From NCBI GenBank assembly GCA_038883795.1, contig JAVZLK010000012.1, positions 1 through 40,023 on the forward strand: a stretch of 40,023 nt of DNA, read 5' to 3'. Under the pieces are notes generated by a model, which saw only the letters and a list, made by a program, of their open reading frames with translations, was not told the origin of the DNA and did no database searches. Every line of letters begins with the position of its first letter. Position 1 is the stretch's first letter. The stretch is from Candidatus Bathyarchaeia archaeon (lineage in GTDB: Archaea; Thermoproteota; Bathyarchaeia; Bathyarchaeales; Bathycorpusculaceae). The translations under genes were made by a program, and so were the position numbers. Below, piece after piece: positions 16,998 to 28,016 of the stretch.

Positions 16998-19457
16998 TTA
17001 TTGCTGTGTTATTTCCGATTTTGTCATCGGTTTGGTGGTTATCGTAACACCATTAATATCTTTACATTGTATTCTGAACTGTGTCAAATCTGTTAATGTC
17101 ATTGTAAAACTGTGCTCTGTGGAATACGTAGAGTTGTAAATTTTCTTGGTGTTTGTTCCGTTGTATTCGATGTCCTTGTAATATATTGGTCTTCCAAAGT
17201 CTCCGTATCTTATGTTTGCATAGAAAATTTTTCCGTTAATATATTCTATTGTGGCATCTGTTGGAACCGTCGTAGTCCATGAAATTGTCACATGTGTGGC
17301 GTTTATTGAAATGACTTGCAAGTTTTGTATTGCCCATACAGGTGGCATCAATCCTTCGTTTATCAGTGCTGCCAAATGAGCTCTTATGTCGGCGAATTTT
17401 CTGAATGGGTCATTTTCGAAACCGGGTCCTCCGTATCGCCATATAATCCATCCATCGGCGCCGTTTTGTTTTAAGCCTCGCACAACGTTGACGAAGGCTT
17501 CAACAGGCATCGGTGTAAACTCGTCGGGCATTTGTAGGAAAGTTATGAATGGCACCATAGGTATTTTACCTTCCGCTCCACCCGTGTAAAAGTTCATGCT
17601 GTCAAGCATATTACTGACAGCGTCGGCGGCGTTGTCTGTGTAAATCATTGGAGAAACAAAATCTAGGTATCCTTTATCAATCCAATCTGCTGTGTGTTGT
17701 CCTATGCTTACACACCAATAGTTTCCGCAGTCTTCGAATGCTGTGAACACCGCTGCCGAAAACAGCAAGTTTGGTCTAATATCTTTCATCCACTGTACAA
17801 CGTCCCTAACCATTTCTGTTACTGGGGTCATTCGCCATTGAATGAATTGCCAATAGTATCTTCCACCTTCAACACAATCAGATGGCCATCTAACGTTGCT
17901 TAATCCTGTATCCGCGATAAATTTGGCTTTACATTCGTTACAGAAGCACATTTCTGTGGTGCTCCAGCGAATATAATCAAACATAAAACCATCAATATCG
18001 TAATTTGTTGCAATATTTTCAACGCACTTCTTTATTAATTGTCGACTGGCATTTTTGGTGAAGCATAGCCAAGTTACAGTGTTACCCGAACTATCTACAG
18101 CATACGTGGCTGGATTTTCGCCAGGTGCGCATCCAAACAAGAAGAGCAGGTGCACATTGATGCCTTTAGAGTGGAACGCGTTAATTGCGGTGCGAACGGT
18201 TGGATTATCCTTCACTTGTCCAGTTGAAGAATCTAAGAAAAAGTCCATGTCTACTTCAAGAAAAGCAGTGTTAATGCCATAGTTTAAGCATGCTTGCGCT
18301 ATAGTTGTCCAGTCGGGGTTTCGCCACTGCCAATTATGAATGAAGACTCCTCGAATGTCGCTTTTGAAAACATCTATGCTGGGTGGTGAAGGTGGTGGGG
18401 GCGAAACAACTACTGCCTTTAAAGTCGCGTTGACGGTTATGCTCGAACCACTAGCGTCAGTTATTATACAATTGATTGTGAATGTCCCTGCAGTTGTGGG
18501 TGTGTGAGTTAAAGTATTAGAAGTTTCATGTTGCCGAGTGCCATTTACATACCAAGCATAGGAATAGGGCTCAACTCCTCCTTTCACATCTACTTTAAAA
18601 CTTGCGGATACGCCGACTTCCGTCCACGCAGATTCTGGCGTAATACGAGCTTCAAGAGGAATCGTTGGGCCGGGAACAGCTTCGATATAGTCAATGTTGA
18701 ACGACGTAGGCTCGGTTATTAAGGTGTCCCAACTGGCAAACTCAATCCAAACGACTGATGTAAGGTCTGGAAACATTTCCCCGTCTCTTGGCTTTCTTAA
18801 GTCTATGTCCACCGCTAGCCACTCGCCAATAGCTGTTATTTTATCAAGTATGTCATACCCGCTTCCAAGCTCCAACCCACCCGATCTTATCCCAAAGCTG
18901 AAATATGCTGGCAAAGGTTTATACGCTTTAAACCTTATTCTTAATACAGGCGTGTTCTTTAAATTCCATGAACCGCTCCGAGCAAAGTAACCACCCCAAT
19001 TTGAGCCAGTAGCTGCAAAAGTCATTTTCAGACTTGCAACACCTTCAACTTTATCGATGGTGTCTAGCTGGATTGTGTTATCTCCCACTTCCGGAGCAAG
19101 TTTACTGCTGTAAACCAACCAGTTTTCTAAACTATCGCAGTTGTCAAATATCTTAGACAATGATATCCTGCCCTCGTTTCTTATTGAAATGATATATGTT
19201 AAGGACGAGAAGGTAATAGGCAGAATCACCATTCCAATAATTGCCATCAAAAGAAAGAATGGTTTGTAAAATTCAGACTTTTGCAACATCTTAAAGCTTG
19301 TTTTTATCGGGCGTGATTTTGGCTTTAAAAGTTTCTTGTGGTTATTCCACATGTTTATGCGTCCTTCACTACTACGTAACACATTTATATCATAATATTT
19401 ATGCAAAGAGTGTTTATTAAATCTTCTGTATTGCGATAAAATAAACACGTTTTTCAT
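16998..19457 (-). CDS. exported modular glycoside hydrolase-like protein (GHL10/DUF187-like TIM barrel with CBM-like, PKD/Ig and Fn3-like modules)
   Basis: N-terminal TM, beta-sandwich region, GGVEPYSYAWYVNG (PKD/Ig), Pro linker, IRGVFI, DIDGFMFDYIR, Q...DW...GYLDFVSPMIY, VTISWTT. True start is probably downstream (e.g. 19352). Confidence 0.75.
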   Translation of the reverse strand: MKNVFILSQYRRFNKHSLHKYYDINVLRSSEGRINMWNNHKKLLKPKSRPIKTSFKMLQKSEFYKPFFLLMAIIGMVILPITFSSLTYIISIRNEGRISLSKIFDNCDSLENWLVYSSKLAPEVGDNTIQLDTIDKVEGVASLKMTFAATGSNWGGYFARSGSWNLKNTPVLRIRFKAYKPLPAYFSFGIRSGGLELGSGYDILDKITAIGEWLAVDIDLRKPRDGEMFPDLTSVVWIEFASWDTLITEPTSFNIDYIEAVPGPTIPLEARITPESAWTEVGVSASFKVDVKGGVEPYSYAWYVNGTRQHETSNTLTHTPTTAGTFTINCIITDASGSSITVNATLKAVVVSPPPPSPPSIDVFKSDIRGVFIHNWQWRNPDWTTIAQACLNYGINTAFLEVDMDFFLDSSTGQVKDNPTVRTAINAFHSKGINVHLLFLFGCAPGENPATYAVDSSGNTVTWLCFTKNASRQLIKKCVENIATNYDIDGFMFDYIRWSTTEMCFCNECKAKFIADTGLSNVRWPSDCVEGGRYYWQFIQWRMTPVTEMVRDVVQWMKDIRPNLLFSAAVFTAFEDCGNYWCVSIGQHTADWIDKGYLDFVSPMIYTDNAADAVSNMLDSMNFYTGGAEGKIPMVPFITFLQMPDEFTPMPVEAFVNVVRGLKQNGADGWIIWRYGGPGFENDPFRKFADIRAHLAALINEGLMPPVWAIQNLQVISINATHVTISWTTTVPTDATIEYINGKIFYANIRYGDFGRPIYYKDIEYNGTNTKKIYNSTYSTEHSFTMTLTDLTQFRIQCKDINGVTITTKPMTKSEITQQ

Positions 19458-19474
19458 CAGTATAGGAGATTGTT

Positions 19475-20206
19475 ATGATATCAAAAAGTCGATGGCAGGA
19501 AGCTCAAAAGGGTGAGTTATCATTCTGGCTATGGATTAAAAAGAAAAATGAAATTTTCCCTGCAGAATCTTTAAAACGATTTTATGAATGTCTTTTATTG
19601 ATCGGGGATCGGAATAAATTCAGGGGAAAGCTGATTTTGGATGTGGGTTCTGGTCCGAATGGAGGAATTTTAAATTTTATTGAAGATGCCGTCAAGGTTG
19701 CCGTCGATCCCATGTTGAAACATGGACTTTTTAAAATAAAAAATGATATCGAGGGAGTTATTGGGATTGGTGAAAGTTTACCTTTTCCTGATGGCAAATT
19801 TAATATGATATTTGCGATTAATATGTTAGATCATGTTTACAATCCTTTAAATGTTCTCATGGAGTTTAACAGAGTTTTATCTAAAAGAGGACTTTTATGC
19901 TTAATGGTTAATATTCTAAAATCGTGGGAGAAGGCATTAAATATAGCAGTTGAGCGACCTTTAAGGCGTATGTTCAGAGCTAAAAATGCAAGATTATACA
20001 ACAGTTTACTATGGTATAGTAGTCAGATGATGAAGAAAATAAAAGTGAACATCTACGAAGACGCTGACGGACACCCGTTCTATTTTACTCATAAGCAAGT
20101 CATGGATTTGTTAGGCAAAAGTGGCTTTCATATAATAAAGTTGAAAGTAACACAACCTGAGAACAACTATAAACAAGACCTTTTTGCACTATGTCTTAAA
20201 TCATGA
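19475..20206 (+). CDS. class I SAM-dependent methyltransferase
   Basis: ILDVGSGP, VDP, GESLPFPDGKF, NMLDH, RVL...G. Confidence 0.9.
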   Translation: MISKSRWQEAQKGELSFWLWIKKKNEIFPAESLKRFYECLLLIGDRNKFRGKLILDVGSGPNGGILNFIEDAVKVAVDPMLKHGLFKIKNDIEGVIGIGESLPFPDGKFNMIFAINMLDHVYNPLNVLMEFNRVLSKRGLLCLMVNILKSWEKALNIAVERPLRRMFRAKNARLYNSLLWYSSQMMKKIKVNIYEDADGHPFYFTHKQVMDLLGKSGFHIIKLKVTQPENNYKQDLFALCLKS

Positions 20207-20212
20207 AGTTTT

Positions 20213-21328
20213 ATGATGAGTAAAATGAGAGTTTGCATGATCTCTGGGATGACTCCACCATTTGGCGGCGTGGAAGCAACGGTTGATGAATTAAGTAGGT
20301 TTCTAAGCAATAGGGGAGTTAAAGTTACTGTTTTTGGTAGAAGTGAAAAAAATTTCGTTAAGAAAAATACATTTTACGAAATTGTCGGAGTGCGGCCGTT
20401 TAATTACTTGCCGAGTCCAATACGATTTACGCATTACCATAAATATGCCTATAGCTTTGAAGTTTGGAAAAAACTTCAAAGGGAACGCCCATTTGACGTG
20501 ATTCATGGACATGGAGACAATTGCTTTTTCCCTTCGCTTTTCAGGGATGATACACCTTTTATTATGACCTTTCACGGGACTATGAAAGGTGCATATTCAA
20601 TTTTTGGGCGAAAACTGGGGCCGAGAACTATGCCTGCATTCTATACCGAGAAAGTTGCAGCCTTAAGATGTGACATAGCTGTTGCATGCTCAAATGCGGT
20701 TAAGAACGAGTTGCAAGTGTTTTATGGAGCAAGTCCAAAAAAGCTCAAAGTGATTCATAATGGAGTTGATACCGATAAGTTTGTACCACAAGATAAAAAT
20801 ATTGCAAGAAAAAAGTTGCGGTTACATCCTAAATACAAATACGGCATTTGGGTTGGAACTAATCCAAGCTTGAAGGGATTATCAATTGCAATGAAAGCGT
20901 TAGAAGGTCTTAAAAATGTTCACCTTCTTATCGTTGGGGTTGAAGGTAAAAATTCTGTTAATTTGACATTTCTTGGAAAGGTGTACAATCATGAACTACT
21001 ACTAACATTGTATAACGCAGCGGATTTTTTAATATTTCCGACGTTTTATGAAGGTTTTCCAGTGGTTCCTCTGGAAGCAATGGCGTGTGGTGTGCCAATA
21101 GTTGTTTCAAAAGAGTCGAACATGGAGGAAATTATCAAAGACGGAATTCATGGTTTTATCATAAAGGACAAAAATCCTATGATGTACAGAGAAAAGGTAG
21201 AGCAATTATTAAGTTACGATAAAACGCTTGAAGATATATCCATCAGATGTCGAGAATTAGCTATAAAACTCAGCTGGAAAAAACAAGCAGAAAAATACTG
21301 GAAAATATATGAAGAATTAACAAAATAG
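20213..21328 (+). CDS. GT4 (GT-B) glycosyltransferase
   Basis: GGVE, DVIHGH, IHNGVD, KG, YEGFPVVPLEAMACGVP. Confidence 0.93.
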   Translation: MMSKMRVCMISGMTPPFGGVEATVDELSRFLSNRGVKVTVFGRSEKNFVKKNTFYEIVGVRPFNYLPSPIRFTHYHKYAYSFEVWKKLQRERPFDVIHGHGDNCFFPSLFRDDTPFIMTFHGTMKGAYSIFGRKLGPRTMPAFYTEKVAALRCDIAVACSNAVKNELQVFYGASPKKLKVIHNGVDTDKFVPQDKNIARKKLRLHPKYKYGIWVGTNPSLKGLSIAMKALEGLKNVHLLIVGVEGKNSVNLTFLGKVYNHELLLTLYNAADFLIFPTFYEGFPVVPLEAMACGVPIVVSKESNMEEIIKDGIHGFIIKDKNPMMYREKVEQLLSYDKTLEDISIRCRELAIKLSWKKQAEKYWKIYEELTK

Positions 21329-21398
21329 AAGTTTGTTAGAATATTCGCTTCTGTTTAATAATGTTATGCTTATATAAACCTAAAATATGTGGTAAGGG

Positions 21399-22457
21399 TT
21401 GACAAACAAAATACATGTTTCCATAATTATTCCGACATATAAACGAGCACATTTGCTAAAATACGTGCTTGATGGACTGTTGAATCAAAATTACAGGGAC
21501 TTTGAAGTTTTAACTGTAATAAAGCCAAGCGGAGACAATAGTGAAGGTGTTGTGAAAAAATACAAAAAATGTTTGAATCTAAAATTAATAATACAAGAAA
21601 AAGGCTATTTCACAGACGCCTTAAATCTCGGGTTGAAGCATGCTAGGGGCGATGTGATAGCATTTCTAGACGATGATGCCATTCCACTTCCGAACTGGCT
21701 AACAGAGCACATCAAACTCTACGCCAATCCAAACATAGGGGGCGTAGCAGGAAACGTCATCCCAGCAACATTAAATGGGAGAGAATTGAAACCGTTCAAT
21801 GAAAATGCGTCACAAATTATCCCAAATCATAAATCTTCTCTGGAAAATGTTGGACGTAAACTATGGAGTCGGCCTCTTGAGAAGCTAGAAGATTATCTTG
21901 TTTATATATCAAAAGCAGGGATAGTAGAGTACAATTCTAACTTGTCAAAATATGCACGTTATCATATAACAAATTCTTTGCTAGGTATGGGTGCAAATAT
22001 GTCTGTTCTTTCGAGAGCCGTCAAGAATTTTAGTTTTCCAAATTCATGGATTCTCGGTCTGTCTAATGAACAATTTTTAGGTTGGCATATATGGCGAAAA
22101 GGATATAACCTCGTTTTTAATCCGCATGCTAAAGTTTATCATATTATTCACGACCAAACTTTATCACGAAAAATAAAAGAAACAAAAAAAGATGTGTTAC
22201 GAATTGTTGAGTACAATCTTCTTTTTTATCAATTACGTAATCTTGAAAAAAACTTTTCCTGGACGCATAGAATCACCTGGCTTATGTTCATCAATCTACT
22301 TAGTCTTAAAAAAATTTGCTTAGACAAAGAAGTAAAACAAATTGCTAAAATCAAAGGCACGTTCTTCTCCGAGATTATAGGCATCAAATGGCTTATATCA
22401 AGAAAATTTAGCGGTCGATATTCCCCCCTCATAGATTTAAAACGCATTGCCGGTTAA
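21399..22457 (+). CDS. GT2 glycosyltransferase
   Basis: SIIIPTYKR, ALNLGL..ARGDVIAFLDDD, GANMS. Confidence 0.9.
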   Translation: MTNKIHVSIIIPTYKRAHLLKYVLDGLLNQNYRDFEVLTVIKPSGDNSEGVVKKYKKCLNLKLIIQEKGYFTDALNLGLKHARGDVIAFLDDDAIPLPNWLTEHIKLYANPNIGGVAGNVIPATLNGRELKPFNENASQIIPNHKSSLENVGRKLWSRPLEKLEDYLVYISKAGIVEYNSNLSKYARYHITNSLLGMGANMSVLSRAVKNFSFPNSWILGLSNEQFLGWHIWRKGYNLVFNPHAKVYHIIHDQTLSRKIKETKKDVLRIVEYNLLFYQLRNLEKNFSWTHRITWLMFINLLSLKKICLDKEVKQIAKIKGTFFSEIIGIKWLISRKFSGRYSPLIDLKRIAG

Positions 22458-22584
22458 GGAGAGAGATGATTGAGATACGCAAAGTTTGTTAAAGAAATGT
22501 TTCTTTGAAAACGACCATATTATTTTTACCATAAAGTATATCAACTATGTTTCCACTTTTTCAACTAAAAGGGTGAGAAGGGAG

Positions 22585-25500
22585 ATGAATAGACGTAAAG
22601 TTAAATTTTTTGCCATATTAATACTTGCTTTAATTACTGGAGTTGAAACTTTTACACTAACTAAAGTAACTAGAGCAGAAGCGATCTTTGAGGATGGTTT
22701 TGAAAGTGGAAATTTCAGTTCTTGGTCTAATCAGCGAATTTGGTCAAGCGGAACAATCACTGTTACGAATACGAGGGCGCATCATGGAACCTACAGTTGC
22801 AAAGTAACATTTAAGAAATATCCCGATGAGGCATGGACGAGGAAAACTTTTAGTGGTCGACCAGAGGTTTATGGTCGCTGGTACGTTTACATTGACCGCC
22901 TGCCGGACTCCGACGGTGACGGATACGGGTTTGGAGGCTTCGGTGGGACAACCAACGATTATTGTGGTTACATGTATATTTTCAGGGTTTCAGGGAATTA
23001 TGTTTGGCGGCTGCGCTATTTTGATGGTTGGACTGATAACTGGCAGGACCTTTCAGGTGTTGACCCGCCTGCTGCCAACACATGGTTCTGCATTGAAATA
23101 TACAGTAAGGCTGGAAGAGGCACAGCAGAATATAAGGCGTGGATAAACGGTGTACTCGGATGCAGCATATCTGGGAAAAATCAACCCCAAAACCTAGTTT
23201 GGTTTGAAGTTGGAGGAATACAACAATCCGGTAGCAGTGACGTCTCTGTAAACGTTTATGCCGACTGTGCTGTTGTAGCCGATGCATATATTGGTCCTGA
23301 AGTTGAAATACCGCCGCAACCAGTTGTTTATAAGATTAGCATCAACTCAACTCTACACGAAAATTATGGTCTAGGATATCCTGTCACATACAGCTTTATA
23401 ATTCCACGAGGCTCCTCTAATTTAAAAGCATACAAAAGATGCTCCCTAATAGACAACTGGGTTGAGTTAATAGAAAAAACCCCAAACGACTTTTTCAACG
23501 GAATAGAATGCGTTAGATTTGATTATACAAACAACAAAGCCTACGTTAGCGTTGCTTTTTCAAGTATATCAGATGAAATCTACATCAAAGTAACAAATGA
23601 AAGAGGCGATATTATTCCAATTTTATTCGCGGAAATCGCAAAATATTACGATGATAGAAAAGCAGTGGTGGTAGCCTCAGCAGACGACTGGGATGGCAAC
23701 TCAAATAGGCATAACGCGTTTATGGCTGCTTGCGACGCATTCCAACAGGCAAAAGTCTGGCTCACCGTTGGAGTCACCACTCAAGGAGTTATCAACCTGC
23801 CTCCGTACAGTCCTCCAAATTGGACAGCTATACAGCAACAATTAAACGAAGGTTATATAGAAGTAGCAAGCCACAGCAGAACACATTCACATGTTCCCTA
23901 CAATGACTATGACAGCGAAATTGGCGGTTCCAAAAGCGATATTTTAAATAACTTAACTCTTCCCTATGGGCAATATGTTTGGGCTTGGATTGAGCCTTTC
24001 GGCGAATCAGACGACACTGTCAGGCAAAAACTAGGCCAGTACAAATACCTAATATCCAGAACAACTATTGTGGGACAAAACGGCCTCGCTGCGTGGGATA
24101 GCCAAAACGGTCTTTTCCAAAGATATGGTGTAACAATTAAAGCGGATGACAAGACAATAAGCGAGTTAAACAATGCATTCAATAATGTCTATAACGGTAG
24201 GGGGATATACCATTTATTCTTTCATCCAGCTAGTTTTAATTGGGATGGTTCCAATGTAATCATAGAACATCTAAACTATATTAAAAATAAAGCCGAGGTA
24301 TGGTACGTTGGACTGGGTGCACTATACATATACAATTTCGTTAAAATTTCATGTAGCATAAAAGAGTTGAAAGCGCCCACAATAGGTGAGTTTCAAGCTC
24401 CAAGCAAAGTTTATGCTAACAAATATTTCCTTTTGAACACGACAATACAGTGTCCAAACGGAGCAACCAACATTATAAACGCAACAGTTGAACTTAGTAA
24501 TGGAATAATCTTGAAATGGGACAATGCCACAAACGCCTTTACCAAAATACAAGATACCCATGGTTACTGCACTCTGGACGCCTCTGACTCCTTTAAGACA
24601 ACAATAAACTCAACAGCCTATAAATTGAGTTGGAAAATCAAACTAGGATGGACGTGTCCAGAAGGTCCTATGTCTGTTATTTCTGCAAACACTAAAGTTT
24701 TTGATAATCAAGGGCTCATTGGAAGCGCGGGCTACGGTGAACTATTCACCTTTGAAGATGATATAATCATCTATTCAGTATCAGTCGATGACTTTCGGAT
24801 AGACCCTTCACAACCAGTAACGGTTACTGGAATACTTTATTATGAAGGTACGACGATTCCTCCAGAAGACCCTTCTGGAATAACTGTTAAAGCTAATCTT
24901 GAGGAAGCCTTAAAAGGTTCAACAACCACCATCAAAATGGATGGAACTTTCACCATAAACTTCGCCGGAGAGTTAAACGTTGGACAATATTCGTACATAA
25001 TTTATGCTACTACTGACGAAAATTCTGTAAAGAATCAAACAATAAGCATAGTTGTAGATAAAATTCAAATAATTAACGGAGGAGTTTCAAAGGAATCTTT
25101 GACTGTGGGAGAAACGGTAACTATCTGGTTCCAAGCAATATACGAATATGATAGCACCATTTTTGGCAACGTAAACGGCTTTTTATATGTTAACAATTCG
25201 CAGATGTCTTGGTCTGTATCTAACAAACGATGGGAATATAATTATGTTTCTCTCACTCCGGGAACTAAAACTTTTGTAATATCAGGAGTTTTTGATAGTG
25301 CCTACGGATTAACAGTAATCGATGACTCAGTAGGTGCCCAAAGCATAGAGGTCTGGGCCTCACCATTTTCTATAGTCTCTAATTCTACAATAACAGAACT
25401 TACCTTTAACTCCACGAGCAAAACAATAACATTTACGGTTTCCGGTCCTACAGGAACTATAGGCTTCGCAAATGTAACAATAGCAAAAAGCTTAATTCAA

Positions 25501-25749
25501 GATATAAGCAACTTAACAGTCCACTTAGATGGGACTCAAATAGACTACATATATGTTTCCAATGAAGATGCTTGGTTAGTGCATTTCACATATTCACATA
25601 GTTCGCACAAAGTCGTGATACTCTTAAACTCATTAAGTATTAAACCACAAGAGCACCCCTTATCAGCAATAGCACTATGCGGAATCCTATTCCTTCTAAT
25701 GCTCTGTTTACTCATAATTTCAAAGAAAATCTATTGGAACGAGCGATAA
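22585..25749 (+). CDS. large surface protein with NodB-like polysaccharide deacetylase domain
   Basis: Signal peptide from ATG 22585, FEDGFESG beta-domain, ADD, EVASHSRTH, PFG, FH CE4-like motifs, Ig-like repeats, SNSTITELTFNST...VSGPTGTIG C-terminal module, then TM and KK. Confidence 0.8.
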   Translation: MNRRKVKFFAILILALITGVETFTLTKVTRAEAIFEDGFESGNFSSWSNQRIWSSGTITVTNTRAHHGTYSCKVTFKKYPDEAWTRKTFSGRPEVYGRWYVYIDRLPDSDGDGYGFGGFGGTTNDYCGYMYIFRVSGNYVWRLRYFDGWTDNWQDLSGVDPPAANTWFCIEIYSKAGRGTAEYKAWINGVLGCSISGKNQPQNLVWFEVGGIQQSGSSDVSVNVYADCAVVADAYIGPEVEIPPQPVVYKISINSTLHENYGLGYPVTYSFIIPRGSSNLKAYKRCSLIDNWVELIEKTPNDFFNGIECVRFDYTNNKAYVSVAFSSISDEIYIKVTNERGDIIPILFAEIAKYYDDRKAVVVASADDWDGNSNRHNAFMAACDAFQQAKVWLTVGVTTQGVINLPPYSPPNWTAIQQQLNEGYIEVASHSRTHSHVPYNDYDSEIGGSKSDILNNLTLPYGQYVWAWIEPFGESDDTVRQKLGQYKYLISRTTIVGQNGLAAWDSQNGLFQRYGVTIKADDKTISELNNAFNNVYNGRGIYHLFFHPASFNWDGSNVIIEHLNYIKNKAEVWYVGLGALYIYNFVKISCSIKELKAPTIGEFQAPSKVYANKYFLLNTTIQCPNGATNIINATVELSNGIILKWDNATNAFTKIQDTHGYCTLDASDSFKTTINSTAYKLSWKIKLGWTCPEGPMSVISANTKVFDNQGLIGSAGYGELFTFEDDIIIYSVSVDDFRIDPSQPVTVTGILYYEGTTIPPEDPSGITVKANLEEALKGSTTTIKMDGTFTINFAGELNVGQYSYIIYATTDENSVKNQTISIVVDKIQIINGGVSKESLTVGETVTIWFQAIYEYDSTIFGNVNGFLYVNNSQMSWSVSNKRWEYNYVSLTPGTKTFVISGVFDSAYGLTVIDDSVGAQSIEVWASPFSIVSNSTITELTFNSTSKTITFTVSGPTGTIGFANVTIAKSLIQDISNLTVHLDGTQIDYIYVSNEDAWLVHFTYSHSSHKVVILLNSLSIKPQEHPLSAIALCGILFLLMLCLLIISKKIYWNER

Positions 25750-25805
25750 TCAAAGACTAGACAAACCATATTTTCTCTTAGATATACTTTGTTGGAGAAT
25801 GTCAA

Positions 25806-27971
25806 ATGAATTCTTTACATAATAACAGATTCAAGCTAAACCTTTTATTTGTTATAATGTTTTTGCAATTAATAGTATGCGTCACGGTACTATTTAATAT
25901 TCCCATCGCAAGGCAAGTTATAGTCTTTTTATATCTTACATTTATCCCTGGATTTATTCTACTTAGGCTGTTTAAATTAAGCAGTCTCGACAAAGCGGAA
26001 ATAATTCTTCTTTCCATTGGATTGAGCATGGCGATTATTATGTTACTTGGGGTCTTTATAAACGAAATTTTTAATTTGATGGGAATGACGCAACCACTTT
26101 CAGAATGGTTAGCGTTAACGACTATAAGCTGTGTAGTGCTTGCTGGAGCTATATTGGGCGAGTTTAGAAATAAAGAGTCCCAATCATTGACAGCCAAAAT
26201 ACCTCTTTACATTTTAATAATCTTTGTTTCTATCGCTTTCTTAGGCGGTTTTGGAATTTTCTCGGCAATTGTGCTTGGGAATAATCTTATTTTGCTCATC
26301 TTCTTGCTTGCTACACTTGCCCTAGTTATACTGAGTATGACTTCTGAAAAAATGATCCTCGCAAAATATTATCCTTTTGTTCTATTCACAATCTGTCTTT
26401 CGCTTTTATTATTTGCCTGCAACGAAACACCCTTCATAACTCCTTATATTACTGGAAGAGGTGACCAATGGATTGAATATTATGCTTTTAGATTAACGCA
26501 AATTAAATTTTATTGGAACTCCACTTTCGTGCCATCACCATTAACACCCGCATTATTTCCGACATATTCCATGTTAAGTGTAACTATTCTGCCCACAATT
26601 TTTTCACAAATGGCGGGACTGGACGTATCATGGACAGCTAAAGTTATTTATCCATTTATTGTTTCCTTTGTTGTGATTGGAGTTTATAAATTATATGAAA
26701 CACAAACAAATAGGAAAGCGGCCTTCCTAGCAGCTTTTTATTTTATAACTATCTCTTCAGGTAAGGGATGGGGATCAGAAAAACAGATGATTGCCCAATT
26801 ATTTTATGTTCTTCTGTTTTATTTGATTTTTAATAAAAAAATTTCGTCTTCACAAAAGAATATTTTATTTGTGCTCTTTGCTTTCGGTTTAGTGGTTTCT
26901 CATTACGCATTGAACTACATATTCATTTTTATCATTTTATTTTCTAAACTTGCTATTTATCTAGTAAACTATTTTAAAACACACACATTAATCATAGATC
27001 ATAAGATACCTTTAGCTATGATGACACTTTTCTTAACAACCTCCTTCTCTTGGTACCTGTATGTGAACGCAGGAGAATCATTTAATATCCTCTTAGATTC
27101 AATAAATACCGTACAGCGAAACATCAATGAGTTTACGAACCCTCAATCGAGAGGTTCAGCTTTGCAGGGACTAGGGTTAGTTGAAGCACCCACTATATTG
27201 CACCGAATCAGCGTATTTTTGTTTCTCCTATCAGAAATTTTTCTTGTAATTGGATTTCTAATAGTCGTCACAAGCAAACAAATGAGCTTCAGTCTTGATT
27301 ATGTAATGGTCTGCGCATCAAATTTATTGATAATAGCCATGAATCTGCTGCTTCCAAGACTCGCAGACACTTTCCTCATGAGTAGGTTCTTTCAAACAAC
27401 CTTAATCATATTAGCACCTTTAGAAATCGTTGGAATACAATGTTTTAGCAAATATATCCCAAAACCAAAAATAAAGTCTAAAAATTCGTTGGTGTCGTTT
27501 TTGATGCTAGTATTTTTAGGTTCCTTATTTTTGTTTCAAACAGGATTTGTATATGAAGTTGCGAAAGTACACTGTGAATCTTTACCTTTAAGTATGTATA
27601 GATGGGATAATTTGCGCTTACATAACACGGTTGTTAGAACCACTGAAGTTTACGGTGCGTTTTGGCTTTCCCACCATACGACCCTATCGCATACGGTAAT
27701 TCATGCAGATCTTGCATCAAAATTTCATGTTTTATTGGCTTATGGTTTAGTTGAAACAGGGCGCATATCTCTATTATCAAATCGTACCAAATGGTATTCA
27801 AGTAATGAGTTTACCTACTTAGGCTATTTAAGCACAGTAGACGGTAAAGTTCAAGCAGAATTGCCAGAGATAGGATATTATATATTTAATGTAACACAAT
27901 TTACCTCTATACTAGAAAATCAAAACAAAATTTACTCAAATGGTGAATGTGAAATTTATAGGGGCTCTTAA
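25806..27971 (+). CDS. DUF2206 family polytopic membrane protein (possible polymerase/GT-C-like)
   Basis: Many TMs, FIPG...SIGLS, GDQWIEYY, YSMLSVTILP, SHY, RFFQ, C-terminal NKIYSNG. Confidence 0.8.
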   Translation: MNSLHNNRFKLNLLFVIMFLQLIVCVTVLFNIPIARQVIVFLYLTFIPGFILLRLFKLSSLDKAEIILLSIGLSMAIIMLLGVFINEIFNLMGMTQPLSEWLALTTISCVVLAGAILGEFRNKESQSLTAKIPLYILIIFVSIAFLGGFGIFSAIVLGNNLILLIFLLATLALVILSMTSEKMILAKYYPFVLFTICLSLLLFACNETPFITPYITGRGDQWIEYYAFRLTQIKFYWNSTFVPSPLTPALFPTYSMLSVTILPTIFSQMAGLDVSWTAKVIYPFIVSFVVIGVYKLYETQTNRKAAFLAAFYFITISSGKGWGSEKQMIAQLFYVLLFYLIFNKKISSSQKNILFVLFAFGLVVSHYALNYIFIFIILFSKLAIYLVNYFKTHTLIIDHKIPLAMMTLFLTTSFSWYLYVNAGESFNILLDSINTVQRNINEFTNPQSRGSALQGLGLVEAPTILHRISVFLFLLSEIFLVIGFLIVVTSKQMSFSLDYVMVCASNLLIIAMNLLLPRLADTFLMSRFFQTTLIILAPLEIVGIQCFSKYIPKPKIKSKNSLVSFLMLVFLGSLFLFQTGFVYEVAKVHCESLPLSMYRWDNLRLHNTVVRTTEVYGAFWLSHHTTLSHTVIHADLASKFHVLLAYGLVETGRISLLSNRTKWYSSNEFTYLGYLSTVDGKVQAELPEIGYYIFNVTQFTSILENQNKIYSNGECEIYRGS

Positions 27972-28016
27972 CATAGAAATAGCTTGAAATCTTCAGCAAA
28001 AGAAAAGGAATATTAA

